This document shows positions 54,096-64,000 of a stretch of DNA of 64,000 bases, piece by piece. Both the position numbers and the translations under genes were made by a program. Every line of letters begins with the position of its first letter. The stretch's first letter is position 1. Origin of the DNA: Podarcis liolepis. Lineage: Eukaryota. The stretch is from assembly GCA_965112155.1 (NCBI GenBank), contig OZ218103.1; one strand, 5' to 3'. A model generated the notes under the pieces. It was given only the letters and a program-made list of their open reading frames with translations, was not told the DNA's origin and did not search any database.

Positions 54096-54289
54096 GTAAG
54101 AGTGATGTATTGTCTTTTTGCTGTGAAAATGTCTTTTTAGAGTTGCTTTGTGTGTGCTCTAGAAGTTGGTCTTTGTGTTCTCAAAATGTAAGATCTTTCT
54201 CTTTGTGATAGAAATAAAATACCAAAGGATTGATTGCTAAATCAAGTATGTTCTTACATCTTTTCATGAAACTTTACTTTTATTTTAAT

Positions 54290-54680
54290 CTATTATTATT
54301 ATTTATTATTATTATTATTAATTTGTATACCTCCCTTCTTCCAAAGATCACAGGGTGGTTCACAACATAAAAATACAAAATGTGAGCACAAAATACATAA
54401 TAAAGAACCCCAAAACAAACCAATAACACCCCTCCAAACCAATGACACATTTAAAAGGCTATAGAATGTTTCAACAGCCATAGCCCTGGTTATAGAGAAA
54501 CCTTTTCATCTGGTGCCTAAAGGTATGTAATGAAGGCTTCAGGCAAACCTCTCCATGGAGAGCATTCCACAAATGGAGAGCCACTGCAGAAAAGGTTCAT
54601 TCTCATGTTTCCACCCTGGACCTTTCATGGAGGAGGGAAACAAAGAAGGGCCTCAGGTGATGATTGCAGGGCCTGGTATT
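54290..54680 (-). mobile_element. L2 LINE 3' end with (TAA)n tail
   Basis: (tta)n then tttgtatacctccc...cagggtggttcaca and gagcattccacaaatggagagccactgcagaaaagg, typical of squamate L2 3' ends. Confidence 0.65.
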
Positions 54681-55023
54681 GTGGTCCTGAGCCATTTAAT
54701 AGTTTGTATTTTAAGCAAATCTTGAGTTTTTGGAAGCAATGGAAGGTATTTAAGGTAAATGAGAGGGCCTGATCTCATAGCATAGGATCCTTATTTATGA
54801 ATTTTCTGAATGTTCTAGTGTGCCAGACTGAAGGGTGCTTACCACAGCTTTTAACTCATAAGAATTGTAAGGGCTTTTGGGTTCTTATGAATTCAGCCAG
54901 ACCTCCCAGACTCTTCTAAAGCAAAGTTGCCCTGTAACTTGTGAGGCTAAAGCTCCCTGATCTTTGAGGGTCTGTTTTGTAGTTTCAGAAAGCAGCCTTA
55001 TATCAAACTGTTTGACTTTACAG

Positions 55024-55158
55024 TGCTGGATAAAAAATGGACAGAGTTGGACACCGATCAACATCGTACCCATGCCATGAGGCTTCTTGATGGCCTTGAA
55101 GTCACTGCTCGGGAGAGAAGACTGAGGGTAGCCCGAGCCATCCTCTATGTTGCACAAG
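55024..55158 (+). CDS. STRIP1: STRIP1 exon 4 (VLDKKWTELDTDQHRTHAMRLLDGLEV...ILYVAQ)
   Basis: tacag|TGCTG ... CAAG|gtatac; 135 nt. Confidence 0.96.
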
Positions 55159-55724
55159 GTATACCTTTATTACTGCCAGAGGAAATACTCAGTTATGAAA
55201 TGTTTGCTAGTTGCTGTGTAATGTCTTCATGGAATATTTATTAACATGGTACTTGAGTGAAACAAAGCCTGTTTTTTGAAAAAGAAAGAAAGAATAGAGA
55301 TGTAGGAAATTTGTTGGTTACTACCTTTATTGCATAAATGACTGAGAGCAGTATTCTACTAAATGGATCCACTAGTGCAGAGATTTCCACTTGTACAATG
55401 AAACCTCCTCCCTCTCTGCCAAATATGTGTGCCAGATCTGTTCCAGAGAGTTGAGGAGAAACCCAGAACAGATTTAGGAGGTATGCAAGGAGAGGAGAGG
55501 GTGGAGAACTTCCGTTGTACTAGCAGATCTATTTAGTTTCATTTTCATTTTCATTTTTATTTTTAGTTGTTTGGGGCTAGATTCTAGACTTACAGTCACT
55601 TTTCATAGTAAACCAAGATGGTTGTCCATCTTTGCTCATAGTGTGCCTGAACATCAGAGTTGACAGAGGCAGCAGTTTGTAGTTGACTATCACATATGCA
55701 GATATAATTAACCTGAGTAGTTGT

Positions 55725-56620
55725 TATTATTATCATCAAAGTTATTTCCCACCCTTCCACTCAAAGGAACTCAGGGCAGCAAGCGCACAAATAATGAAAC
55801 AGTTTAAACATCTAAAAGCAATTCCAATTGAAATGCAACCTGTAGAAGGCTTGTTGAAAGAAGAAGGTGCCAAAAAGACAACAGAGGTGGTCCCTGTGTA
55901 GTATTTAACAGGACAGACTTCCAAAGAGTGGGTGCCACGTCACAAAAGATCTGATTCCTATATTTTGCAGAATGGACTGGCACCCCCCCCCCCCCGCTCT
56001 GTTATTATCTGTGTGAGGCCCTCACCAACAGAGAACAGTTATTTGCTGGGAAAATAAAGGGTGAGACGATCTTTCAGGTATCCTGGTCCCAAGCTGTATA
56101 GGGCTTAATGCACCAAAACCAACACCCTGAACGTAGCCCAGTAACTACTGGTAATTGGCAGCCAGCGAAGTTCTTTTAGCAGCTGTGTAACATGGTGGCA
56201 GTAGCCTGCCACAGTGAGCAGTCGAGTCATCTCATTTTGCACTACCTGCAGCTTCAAGGGTAGCCCTGCATAGAAAACATTGCAATAATTCAGCCTGCAG
56301 ATTACCAGCACATGGGTGACAGTGGCCCAGTCCTGAAATGGCCATAGCTGTCATATTGGCCAAAACTGGTAGAAGGCACTCCTGACCACTAAGAGCACTT
56401 GGGCCTCTACTGAAAACTATGGATCTGGGAGCACTCCTGGACTATGAGCCTGCTCTTTAAGTGGGAGTACAACCCTATCCAAAGTAGGGAGTTGGCCAGT
56501 TATTGGGAACCAGCCACCCAAAATGCTTCCATCTTGCCAGGATTCCAAGTCAGTTTGTTGGCCCTCATCATGCCCACCACCAAGTCCAGGCAGTGGTCCA
56601 GAGCTTGCATGGTCTCCATA
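55725..56620 (-). mobile_element. Degraded L2 LINE (RT C-terminus + 3' end)
   Basis: minus-strand peptides CLDLVVGMMRANKLTWNPGKME and RLNYCNVFYAGLP..LQVVQN..RLL...HVTQLLKELRWLPI. Confidence 0.85.
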
Positions 56621-57007
56621 TTAGTACAGATGCATGATATTGCATTAGTGACATATTTCCATTGCACCAAATATTCAGGCAACAGAGGTTGTTTGGTGGG
56701 ATTATCCCTTGAGATGTTGGTGTGATCAAGTGCCATCAAGTCCCACTAGAAGCCATGTTTTATTTTATAATTGTGTAACACTCTTGTTCTCTGTCCTGCA
56801 GCAGGTTCCAGATGCTGCAGGAAGCTGACATTCTAGCCGGTTGTTTTCATAGTACTGTATTATAATTTTTGTGTTATTATAATTTTGTGAATTCTCTGCC
56901 CTTAAGCATAAGAATCAGGAAAAACATATCAGTTATGAAGAACAACAACATGCTTTATCTGTAAAATGGAGAGCAAATTGGTATGATTTTTGTTTTTGTG
57001 GCTGCAG

Positions 57008-57128
57008 GCACATTTGATGAGTGCAGCTCTGAAGCTGAAGTTCAGTCCTGGATGCGATACAACGTTTTCCTTCTGCTTGAAGTTGGCACATTCAATGCTT
57101 TGGTGGAACTTTTGAACATGGAAATTGA
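57008..57128 (+). CDS. STRIP1: STRIP1 exon 5 (GTFDECSSEAEVQSWMRYNVFLLLEVGTFNALVELLNMEI)
   Basis: tgcag|GCACA ... ATTGA|gtgagt; 121 nt. Confidence 0.96.
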
Positions 57129-57978
57129 GTGAGTTCCATGTTGCTGTAGAGTTGGCCTCTGAGAGGAATGTAGGCTGTTTAGATAGCCTGGTTATGATCT
57201 GCCCCACCAGGGTATATATTTTTACAGCTTGTGAATGATCAGATGCCAGATTCATTCTGGTATCCATCCAATTTTTATCTGATTCCATAGAAAGCCCTAG
57301 AGTTTAGGACTGGAGTATTAAAGCAGCAGGGTAACACTGCAAGTTCTTTTCACCTACCTTTCCAGTATCTGATTAAGAAATGCTATTATTCTGGTAATGG
57401 AAATAGAAAAGTAATCTAGAATAACTTGATTTTTAATTATTCATTTATAATAATTGTATTAATATTATTAATGATACTATTATTATTATACTTTGTAGTG
57501 CCAAACAAGAATCACTTACTTTTGAGGATGGCTTTGTTGTGCTTGCAGCTAAAAACTAAACATGGATCGATAGAAAGATTAGTTTATACTGGACTCAGAA
57601 GAATGCCTCTGTAGCCCACTCCTTTGATCTCAGTAGGATCAAACATGTTCCTACTCAGTTATCTAAAAAAAAAAAGAACACAAAGTTGTTATCGCATGTC
57701 TAGTAATTTGGTTCTATGGAGCAGATGCTTCTCTCGTAGTTGAATTCAGTCCAGTTTGTAAGATCTCATAGCTACTGTTTTGGGCAGCTGCTGTTGGATA
57801 TGTGAAGGAATTAGAGCATGTGCAGAGTGGTGCCTAGCTGCAGAGAAAGACCACAGGATATGCAAACTGCACAGTGATGTTTTAATGTTATAATCTTAAT
57901 GTGACTTGTGTAAAAAAAGCCTTTGATCCCAGATTGTAGGCAGCAAGAGCTAAGTTGATGTTGCTTCTTTTCTCTCAG

Positions 57979-58047
57979 CAACAGTGCTGCCTGCAGCAGT
58001 GCTGTGAGGAAGCCTGCCATCTCCCTGGCTGACAGCACCGATCTGAG
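57979..58047 (+). CDS. STRIP1: STRIP1 exon 6 (NSAACSSAVRKPAISLADSTDL)
   Basis: ctcag|CAACAG ... TGAG|gtgagg; 69 nt. Confidence 0.96.
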
Positions 58048-58249
58048 GTGAGGAGTATTGGCATATAGGCCACAGGTGTGATGAGATTTCCCTGTGAAGG
58101 ACTCATGAGTTTAAAAGGATGCTTTGCTTTCCTTTCATCCGCAGCCTTTCCTCTATTTGCACATTCTCTTGTGTCTTTTTGAATCATGGCATTTAGAGGT
58201 GGAAGGGACCTTTTACACCATATAGTGCAACTTCAGCATAGCCTCCCAG

Positions 58250-58544
58250 CAGGGGTGGTAATATTTTTTCAGCCAATAGTGGACAGGACAGAGGAAAAAG
58301 TGGGCAGAGCAACTAATGTGAATTTGTATACCTTCGTATACTAGGCAGCTTCTTCACACACATCCCTCTGTCTTCCATCCAGGCAAGCAAGAAGCATGAT
58401 CAGAGTTCAAGGGGCATATTCCAGCTAGGCAAAACACTCAAGGAGAGGCCAGATGAGGGGTATGGCTAAGGAAGAGACTTGAGTACCTGACAGAGAGGCC
58501 TGAGAAACTGCATGTGGCCTCAGGTCTGAGGTTGCCCATCCCTG
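58250..58544. mobile_element. Old hAT-type MITE
   Basis: TIR caggggtggtaa / ttgcccatccctg; terminal gcatgtggcctc...aggttgccc motif. Confidence 0.55.
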
Positions 58545-58657
58545 CTTTCAGTATCTACTTGAATACTTCTCTGACATTTGTGCAAGAATCAGATTTATAG
58601 ATTTGATGCAGCATACTGTTGTGCCTTCAGCTGTCTGCATTGATCTAATGGACTTGG

Positions 58658-58678
58658 GTGTGTGTGTGTGTGTGTGTG
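58658..58678. repeat. (GT)n microsatellite
   Basis: read directly from the sequence. Confidence 0.9.
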
Positions 58679-59167
58679 AAAAGATAGGTAACCAAACCCA
58701 ACGCAGTTTTGAATAGAGTATGTTAGGAAGAAACACTGTGTATTAACTAACACTGTGTGCTAGTGGCTGTGCACAGTACAATCACCTCATCTGTAGTGAA
58801 ACCTCTATAGCTGGAAAATGGCGAGTTCTTCCAGGAGATGCTTGTGGTTTATGTAAAGATACACCCACTAGACTGAGTACATATTTTTTTTAAGAAATAC
58901 AGGTTGCTAAGCAACAGTCACCCTGGCAATATAGACTGGGAGCAGGAGGAAAATGCTGGCTTCTTTCAGTAAAACTTGTCATCTTCTTGTTGTGCCAAGC
59001 ATATAATGTTGCTACTTCTGATGAAGCTGGGGGGGGGGGACACATCACTTGTGTACACTTTGCTAGTCTAGCCCCCTCTCTCCTACCCCTGCAGTTTTGA
59101 ATAAGCTGAGCCATATTGTCAGAGTTTGCCTTTCTAACTTGCTTGGTCTTTGCAATCCATTTTGCAG

Positions 59168-59274
59168 GGTGCTGCTGAATATTATGTACCTTATCGTAGA
59201 GACTGTCCGTCAGGAATGTGAAGGAGACAAGCCTGAGTGGAAGACCATGAGACAGACCTTTAGAGCAGAACTAG
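59168..59274 (+). CDS. STRIP1: STRIP1 exon 7 (VLLNIMYLIVETVRQECEGDKPEWKTMRQTFRAEL)
   Basis: tgcag|GGTG ... CTAG|gtaagg; 107 nt. Confidence 0.96.
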
Positions 59275-59634
59275 GTAAGGATTCTGTTGCTGCCCATTTT
59301 GTGTTTGTTAAGGCTGTTTTATAAGTCTCTTGATTTGAAGTAAGTATCAGTAAGCCAGTAAGGTGCAATTACTTTGTTGCAAGAAAAACTGCCCAGCCAG
59401 GTATGGAAAGGTATCTTTCTTCATTTGCGCTAAATGGGCAGGATGTTTAGAACTAAACTGAAGCAGGGACGGTGTATACATAGACCAGAAGAAATACAGT
59501 GGTTATGGACAATATAATGGCTGTTATGTTGGACCTACTAGTGAATTGACAGCAGAGGATGGGATTGAAATATATACAGCTAGAACTGAGGCATCTTCAT
59601 GTAACATGGCCATCGCCAATATATTGCCTTTCAG

Positions 59635-59762
59635 GGGCACCTCTGTATAACAATGAGCCATTTTCCGTGATGCTCTTTGGAATGGTGACCAAATTCTGCA
59701 GTGGCCATGCCCCACACTTCCCTATGAAGAAGGTGTTGCTGTTGCTCTGGAAGACTGTCCTG
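59635..59762 (+). CDS. STRIP1: STRIP1 exon 8 ([43 protein letters not shown])
   Basis: ttcag|GGGCA ... CTG|gtaaga; 128 nt. Confidence 0.96.
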
Positions 59763-61373
59763 GTAAGAGGTTGTTGCCTACGAATAATTGGTCTTTTAAC
59801 AGATTGCTTCTTTTGCTGTAACTAAAAACTCTGTACCCTTGGGATATAACCAGGATTACACAAAGAGATGTGGTGCTGCTGTTTTAATTTATTGACTGAG
59901 ATCAGTTCAGAGACAAGCATGCTTAGCGTTTAAGCTGTAGGATGTGCATAGATCCGGAGTCCATTTTATTATTAAAAGCTCTATTGTAGCTAACCAATAA
60001 ATGTAAACCACTACAAGGACATCTGTGTGTTGTATGATAATATCCTAGGTTGAGTTTGTCACCACCATTGAAAAATCTCGTGGAAACTTTGCAATACACA
60101 GCAGTGGAGTTTTGGGGGTGGGGATATTATGCCCACAGGCACAGGACCACTCCCTTTTCATGCACTGTGCAGTGCACCTACAAGCTATGAACAGTGCTGG
60201 GTTGAAGCAGGATCTTAGATAGTGACTTGGGGAAAAAATCCCTTACTGATCTCTTCCATCCCTGTTGACAAAACAGACACACAGGAGAGCCTGCTCTGTA
60301 ATTTGTTGGGCTTATTCCTTTCATATATGTCCTGATAATGCCATTTGGCACATCCCTGTAGCAGTGCTGCTGGTTTCTTATGCTGGCTGCTAGCTGAGTC
60401 TGGGTATCCTCAGGGCTTTTTGATTGCTTGAAAATAGCAGATGGCATCATGGATCCAAGCCTGAGCAAATCAAGCTGCCATTGACACATTGGAAGGAAAC
60501 TGATTATTAATGTGAAATGAGGCTTCTGGGTTATTTTGTTTAAATTAACAAATTTATAGATATTTTGAAACTCGGAAGAAAGAGATGATGAATGTTTTCT
60601 TGCTAGCTAAAGTATCTTAGGAAGAGGTTCAGTTTACATGGGAATCCCAGGACTGACAAAGAAGCACACTAGCTGGCCTAAATCTGAAAACCAGGCAGTC
60701 CATAGTTTTATTTAATTAAGAAATGTTTATCCCACCACACCAAATTGTTTTAATTTTTCATATTGAAAGAAACGATTTCTGGATATTGATTAGAAAAGTA
60801 TCTCAGGTTAGTTAATATATGGACTTGCAGTGCACTAATGAATAATATTTTTAAAAAGAGCATAGAAATAAATGAAGTTATTTTAGTTGGTGCCATAATG
60901 AAACTCGTACTGCATACATTTGGCTTGCTTTTTCTTTTTGAACTGCTGAAATGTATAGTTTAAAAACGGTGGTGCTACAACTAGGATGCTATAATATAAT
61001 CCACTTGTGGATTATAAGGACATATTTTCAGCTGTTTAAGACTAAGTGATCATGAAATCAATAAAGTGCAATGTTGTTGCTAGTTTTCAAAGGACCTACT
61101 TCTGTGATCAGTACAATGTGATCCAGCTGCTGCTCAGCTAAACACACCTATTTCAGATAAGCCTGCCTGGCTTTTCAGAGTTCTTGGTGTTCCTCTGGCT
61201 GTTTGGTATCTGCCGAGTAAAGAGCATAATAGTACAGATACCACAGACAGGTATCATATGCTACTGTTTAACCTAAGGTGGTCTTTCCCTGTCAGTGAGT
61301 GGATGAGAATTGCCCAGAAGTCTCATGTAAGCCCCTCTGAACTTCTTGAAGAAAGAGAAGGATATGCTAAGTA

Positions 61374-61578
61374 CAGTGGTACCTTGGTTTTCGAATGTAA
61401 TCCATTCCAGAAGACCGTTCGAGTTCTGAAACGTTCAAAAACTGAATACTCAATAGCCAACAGCTAGGCCTCAGGATCTTGCACTCAGCAGAAGCCGCAT
61501 GGCATGTTCGACTTCCAAGGCATGTTGGAAAACCGAAATGTTCATCAACGGAGATGTTCAAAAGCCAAGGTACCACCG
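61374..61578. mobile_element. Tc1/mariner MITE, family C
   Basis: TA|CAGTGGTACCTTGGTTTT ... AAAGCCAAGGTACCACCG|TA. Confidence 0.85.
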
Positions 61579-61902
61579 TATGTGTGTCTGCTAGGAATGT
61601 GGAGCTCTCACCTTCATGAGCAAATGTCTTTAACTTCATTTGTTTGAAAGTTAGCTGTGAAAATGTTTCATATGAGCACAAAGACAGGTTTAAAATGCTG
61701 TGTTCTTTGGTCTCTGCTGTGCCTTCTCATATACACAAATGGTTCTTTGAAGAATGATAGACATTCCTATAACTGCAGCAAATCCTCCATTCCTCCGTCT
61801 TGGTTTACCTTTAACAAACTGGTTTTTGAAGGGTTTATGAGCGACCAAAGAGATAATGGAAGTGAATGAAGTGAATGACCTGCAATTATCCTCTTGCCAT
61901 AG

Positions 61903-62085
61903 TGCACCCTTGGAGGATTTGAGGAACTCCAGGATATGAAAGCAGAGAAAAGGGAGATGTTGGGGCTCCCCCCACTTCCTGAGGATAGCATAAAAGTGAT
62001 TCGCAACATGAGGGCTGCCTCCCCTCCAGCATCTGCTTCTGATTTGATTGAGCAGCAGCAAAAACGGGGTCGTCGAGAGCACAAG
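61903..62085 (+). CDS. STRIP1: STRIP1 exon 9 (CTLGGFEELQDMKAEKREM...KRGRREHK)
   Basis: catag|TGCACC ... AAG|gtaagt; 183 nt. Confidence 0.96.
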
Positions 62086-62196
62086 GTAAGTCAGGGTACA
62101 ATCCGGGTTGGATGTAATCTTCCTTTGTTTAGGAAGACACTGAACCTAAGGAGAAGGCAGACTATAACATCATTTGCTGTGTGTGTATTCTTCCAG

Positions 62197-62414
62197 GCTC
62201 TTATTAAACAGGATAACTTAGATGCCTTCAATGAGCGAGATCCTTACAAAGCTGATGATTCCCGGGAAGAAGAGGAGGAGAATGATGATGACAATAGTCT
62301 TGAGGGAGAGACATTCCCTCTTGAAAGAGATGAAGTGATGCCCCCTCCTATCCAGCACCCACCGACTGACCGACTGACTTGCCCAAAAGGTTTGCCTTGG
62401 GCACCCAAGGTCAG
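62197..62414 (+). CDS. STRIP1: STRIP1 exon 10 (ALIKQDNLDAFNERDPYK...PKGLPWAPKV)
   Basis: tccag|GCTCTT ... TCAG|gtgagc; 218 nt. Confidence 0.96.
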
Positions 62415-62758
62415 GTGAGCACCTATACAGGATTGTTGTATTTAAAGAAAATCCCAGAACTGGAAGGCTCTCATCTTCAGCCTCAAACCAGTGCTCAACT
62501 ACTTGGTTAGTGCACCTAATAGATTTCTGAATGTGATAACTATAACGAAATGCGTGCTCTGGCTTCTCTCATTGACGTTGTGATGATGTTTGGGAGCCTT
62601 GATGTCTTTGAGGATGCTTGAGATCAGAAGAGCCATTCTCATTTTTTTGTGTCTAGCATATTAAGGAACTTCATCTCTCCAGGGCTTTGTGGTAAATGAA
62701 ATAATCTTGAGGAGCCCTAAAGTTCTGTCTGAATATGATTCTCTTCTCTTTTCTTCAG

Positions 62759-62824
62759 AGAAAAAGACATTGAGATGTTTCTGGAATCAAGTCGGAGCAA
62801 ATTCATTGGCTACACCTTGGGAAA
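62759..62824 (+). CDS. STRIP1: STRIP1 exon 11 (EKDIEMFLESSRSKFIGYTLG)
   Basis: ttcag|AGAAAA ... GGAAA|gtgagt; 66 nt. Confidence 0.95.
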
Positions 62825-63852
62825 GTGAGTTAATGGAGCCCCAAATTTGTTTCCTCTTGTGCTTAGCTTGTTTGTAGGCGATCTCTTCTTACTATGCAGT
62901 TACGGTAATGTGTTGGGTAACTGGCAGCATAGACTTTTTCCTGAAAACAGTAAAGACATCAATCTGTTCAGGCTTTGTTATTTTTTTAAAGCATTCACAT
63001 AATCGTTTCTCATCCTGTGTTATGCCACTACTGTAATACTGTTCGGACACTGAGTTTCTGCTGCCCATCTTGTCAGCTCCTGAAATCTCAGGAGGTCTGT
63101 GCATGCAATCATACATGCATCTGAAAACTATAAATGCAGCTATAATGTTTTATGGTATTGTGCTGTAATTTGAGTAACCAAAAGGACTAAAATACTTAAG
63201 CAACAAAAAGAAGGTGTGCCGGTATACACAAACACACACGCAATATTGCTATGGACAGATGAAGAATAGGACCAGGAAAAGACTTAGGACACCCACCATG
63301 TGTAGAGTTGCTAAATAAATTAGCATATCAAGTGGTAACAGACATTTTCCAGGCTTTTGGCTGGTACAACTAAAAGCTTTATAGGAATGGTGAAAACCTG
63401 CTACACTAAGTCACAAAACCATATTACAGAGGGTACATATGAACTACAGATTGAATCCAGATAACCAAACTTTTTTCCAAATCTAAGAAATCATAATTCT
63501 TTCTTTATTATGTATTAGTGCTTCATTTTAATAGGAAAAAAATCTTACATTTTAGATGCATCCAATTAGATCCTCCTATTTATTTCAGGTTCTGTTCCTG
63601 ATGCATAACTAATTACACAAACTGAACATTCTTAAAAATCTAGCATGCTTTTATATTTTAAAGTTGAGAGGAAGGTCCCTATAATTTCCAAGCATTGCAT
63701 TCCTGTTTTTTAGGTTGCTAGGTAGCCTGAGAGAATCATATCTGAACTTACTAATTAACAATTTTTATTGGCTCAATAGGAGCAGGAAGCTCTTGCACAA
63801 ATGTAAGAGAATTTTATTTCTTGCACAATTTATCAGGACATGCCTAGCAGGT

Positions 63853-63921
63853 ATTGTAAAGTGCCCTGTGATCCTCGGATGAAGGGTGGTATAGAAATTT
63901 AATTAATAAATAAAAATAAAA
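63853..63921 (+). mobile_element. L2-type 3' tail remnant
   Basis: ttgtaaagtgccctgtgatcctcggatgaagggtggtatagaaat + AT-rich tail; reverse complement of the 54320-54365 motif. Confidence 0.55.
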
Positions 63922-64000
63922 GGTGCTGTTTGAAAGCATTACAGAGAGAAGAGTGAAATCCCTTAATCAGATTGACTAGCTTTCTGTTCACAATTTTACC

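Larger units (their letters stand above)
51862..62824 (+). other. STRIP1: STRIP1 (striatin-interacting protein 1, FAM40A) coding span, exons 1-11; gene continues beyond the window
   Basis: 11 exons in consistent phase (1316 nt); the peptide matches STRIP1 from MEP...LIVNNKQ to SRSKFIGYTLG. Confidence 0.96.

Noticed and set aside
55159-55166. U12-type donor (GTATACCT) in STRIP1 intron 4
   Set aside because: Does not match GTATCCTT, and no TCCTTAAC branch site is visible near the 57007 acceptor.

Overview
Vertebrate genomic DNA from a squamate reptile, most likely a lacertid lizard judging by the Sauria SINE, BovB, CR1 and L2 repeats. It is not prokaryotic, so most of the ORF track is noise. 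Two spliced genes lie in tandem on the + strand. (1) AHCYL1 (IRBIT): exon 1 is upstream of the window, bases 1-29265 are intron 1, and coding exons 2-17 run 29266-46368. They join into 1473 nt (490 aa plus stop), followed by a ~2.4 kb 3' UTR ending near 48.76 kb. (2) STRIP1 (FAM40A): CpG-island promoter at ~51.4-52.2 kb and coding exons 1-11 at 51862-62824; the gene continues past the window. All introns are GT-AG. Introns contain many hAT and Tc1/mariner MITEs, SINEs and LINE fragments. The most unusual feature is a 934-bp hAT element in AHCYL1 intron 1 (12045-12978) with perfect TIRs and an 8-bp TSD. It carries CpG-island-like cargo, a splice donor in frame with AHCYL1 exon 2, and an exact telomeric G-quadruplex 22-mer. 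Also notable are an inverted MITE pair flanking exons 2-9 (possible 843-nt stop-free circRNA), a three-layer L1/SINE/CR1 nest and a multi-hairpin intronic element. Gene and repeat-family names come from recognition, not from database searches.
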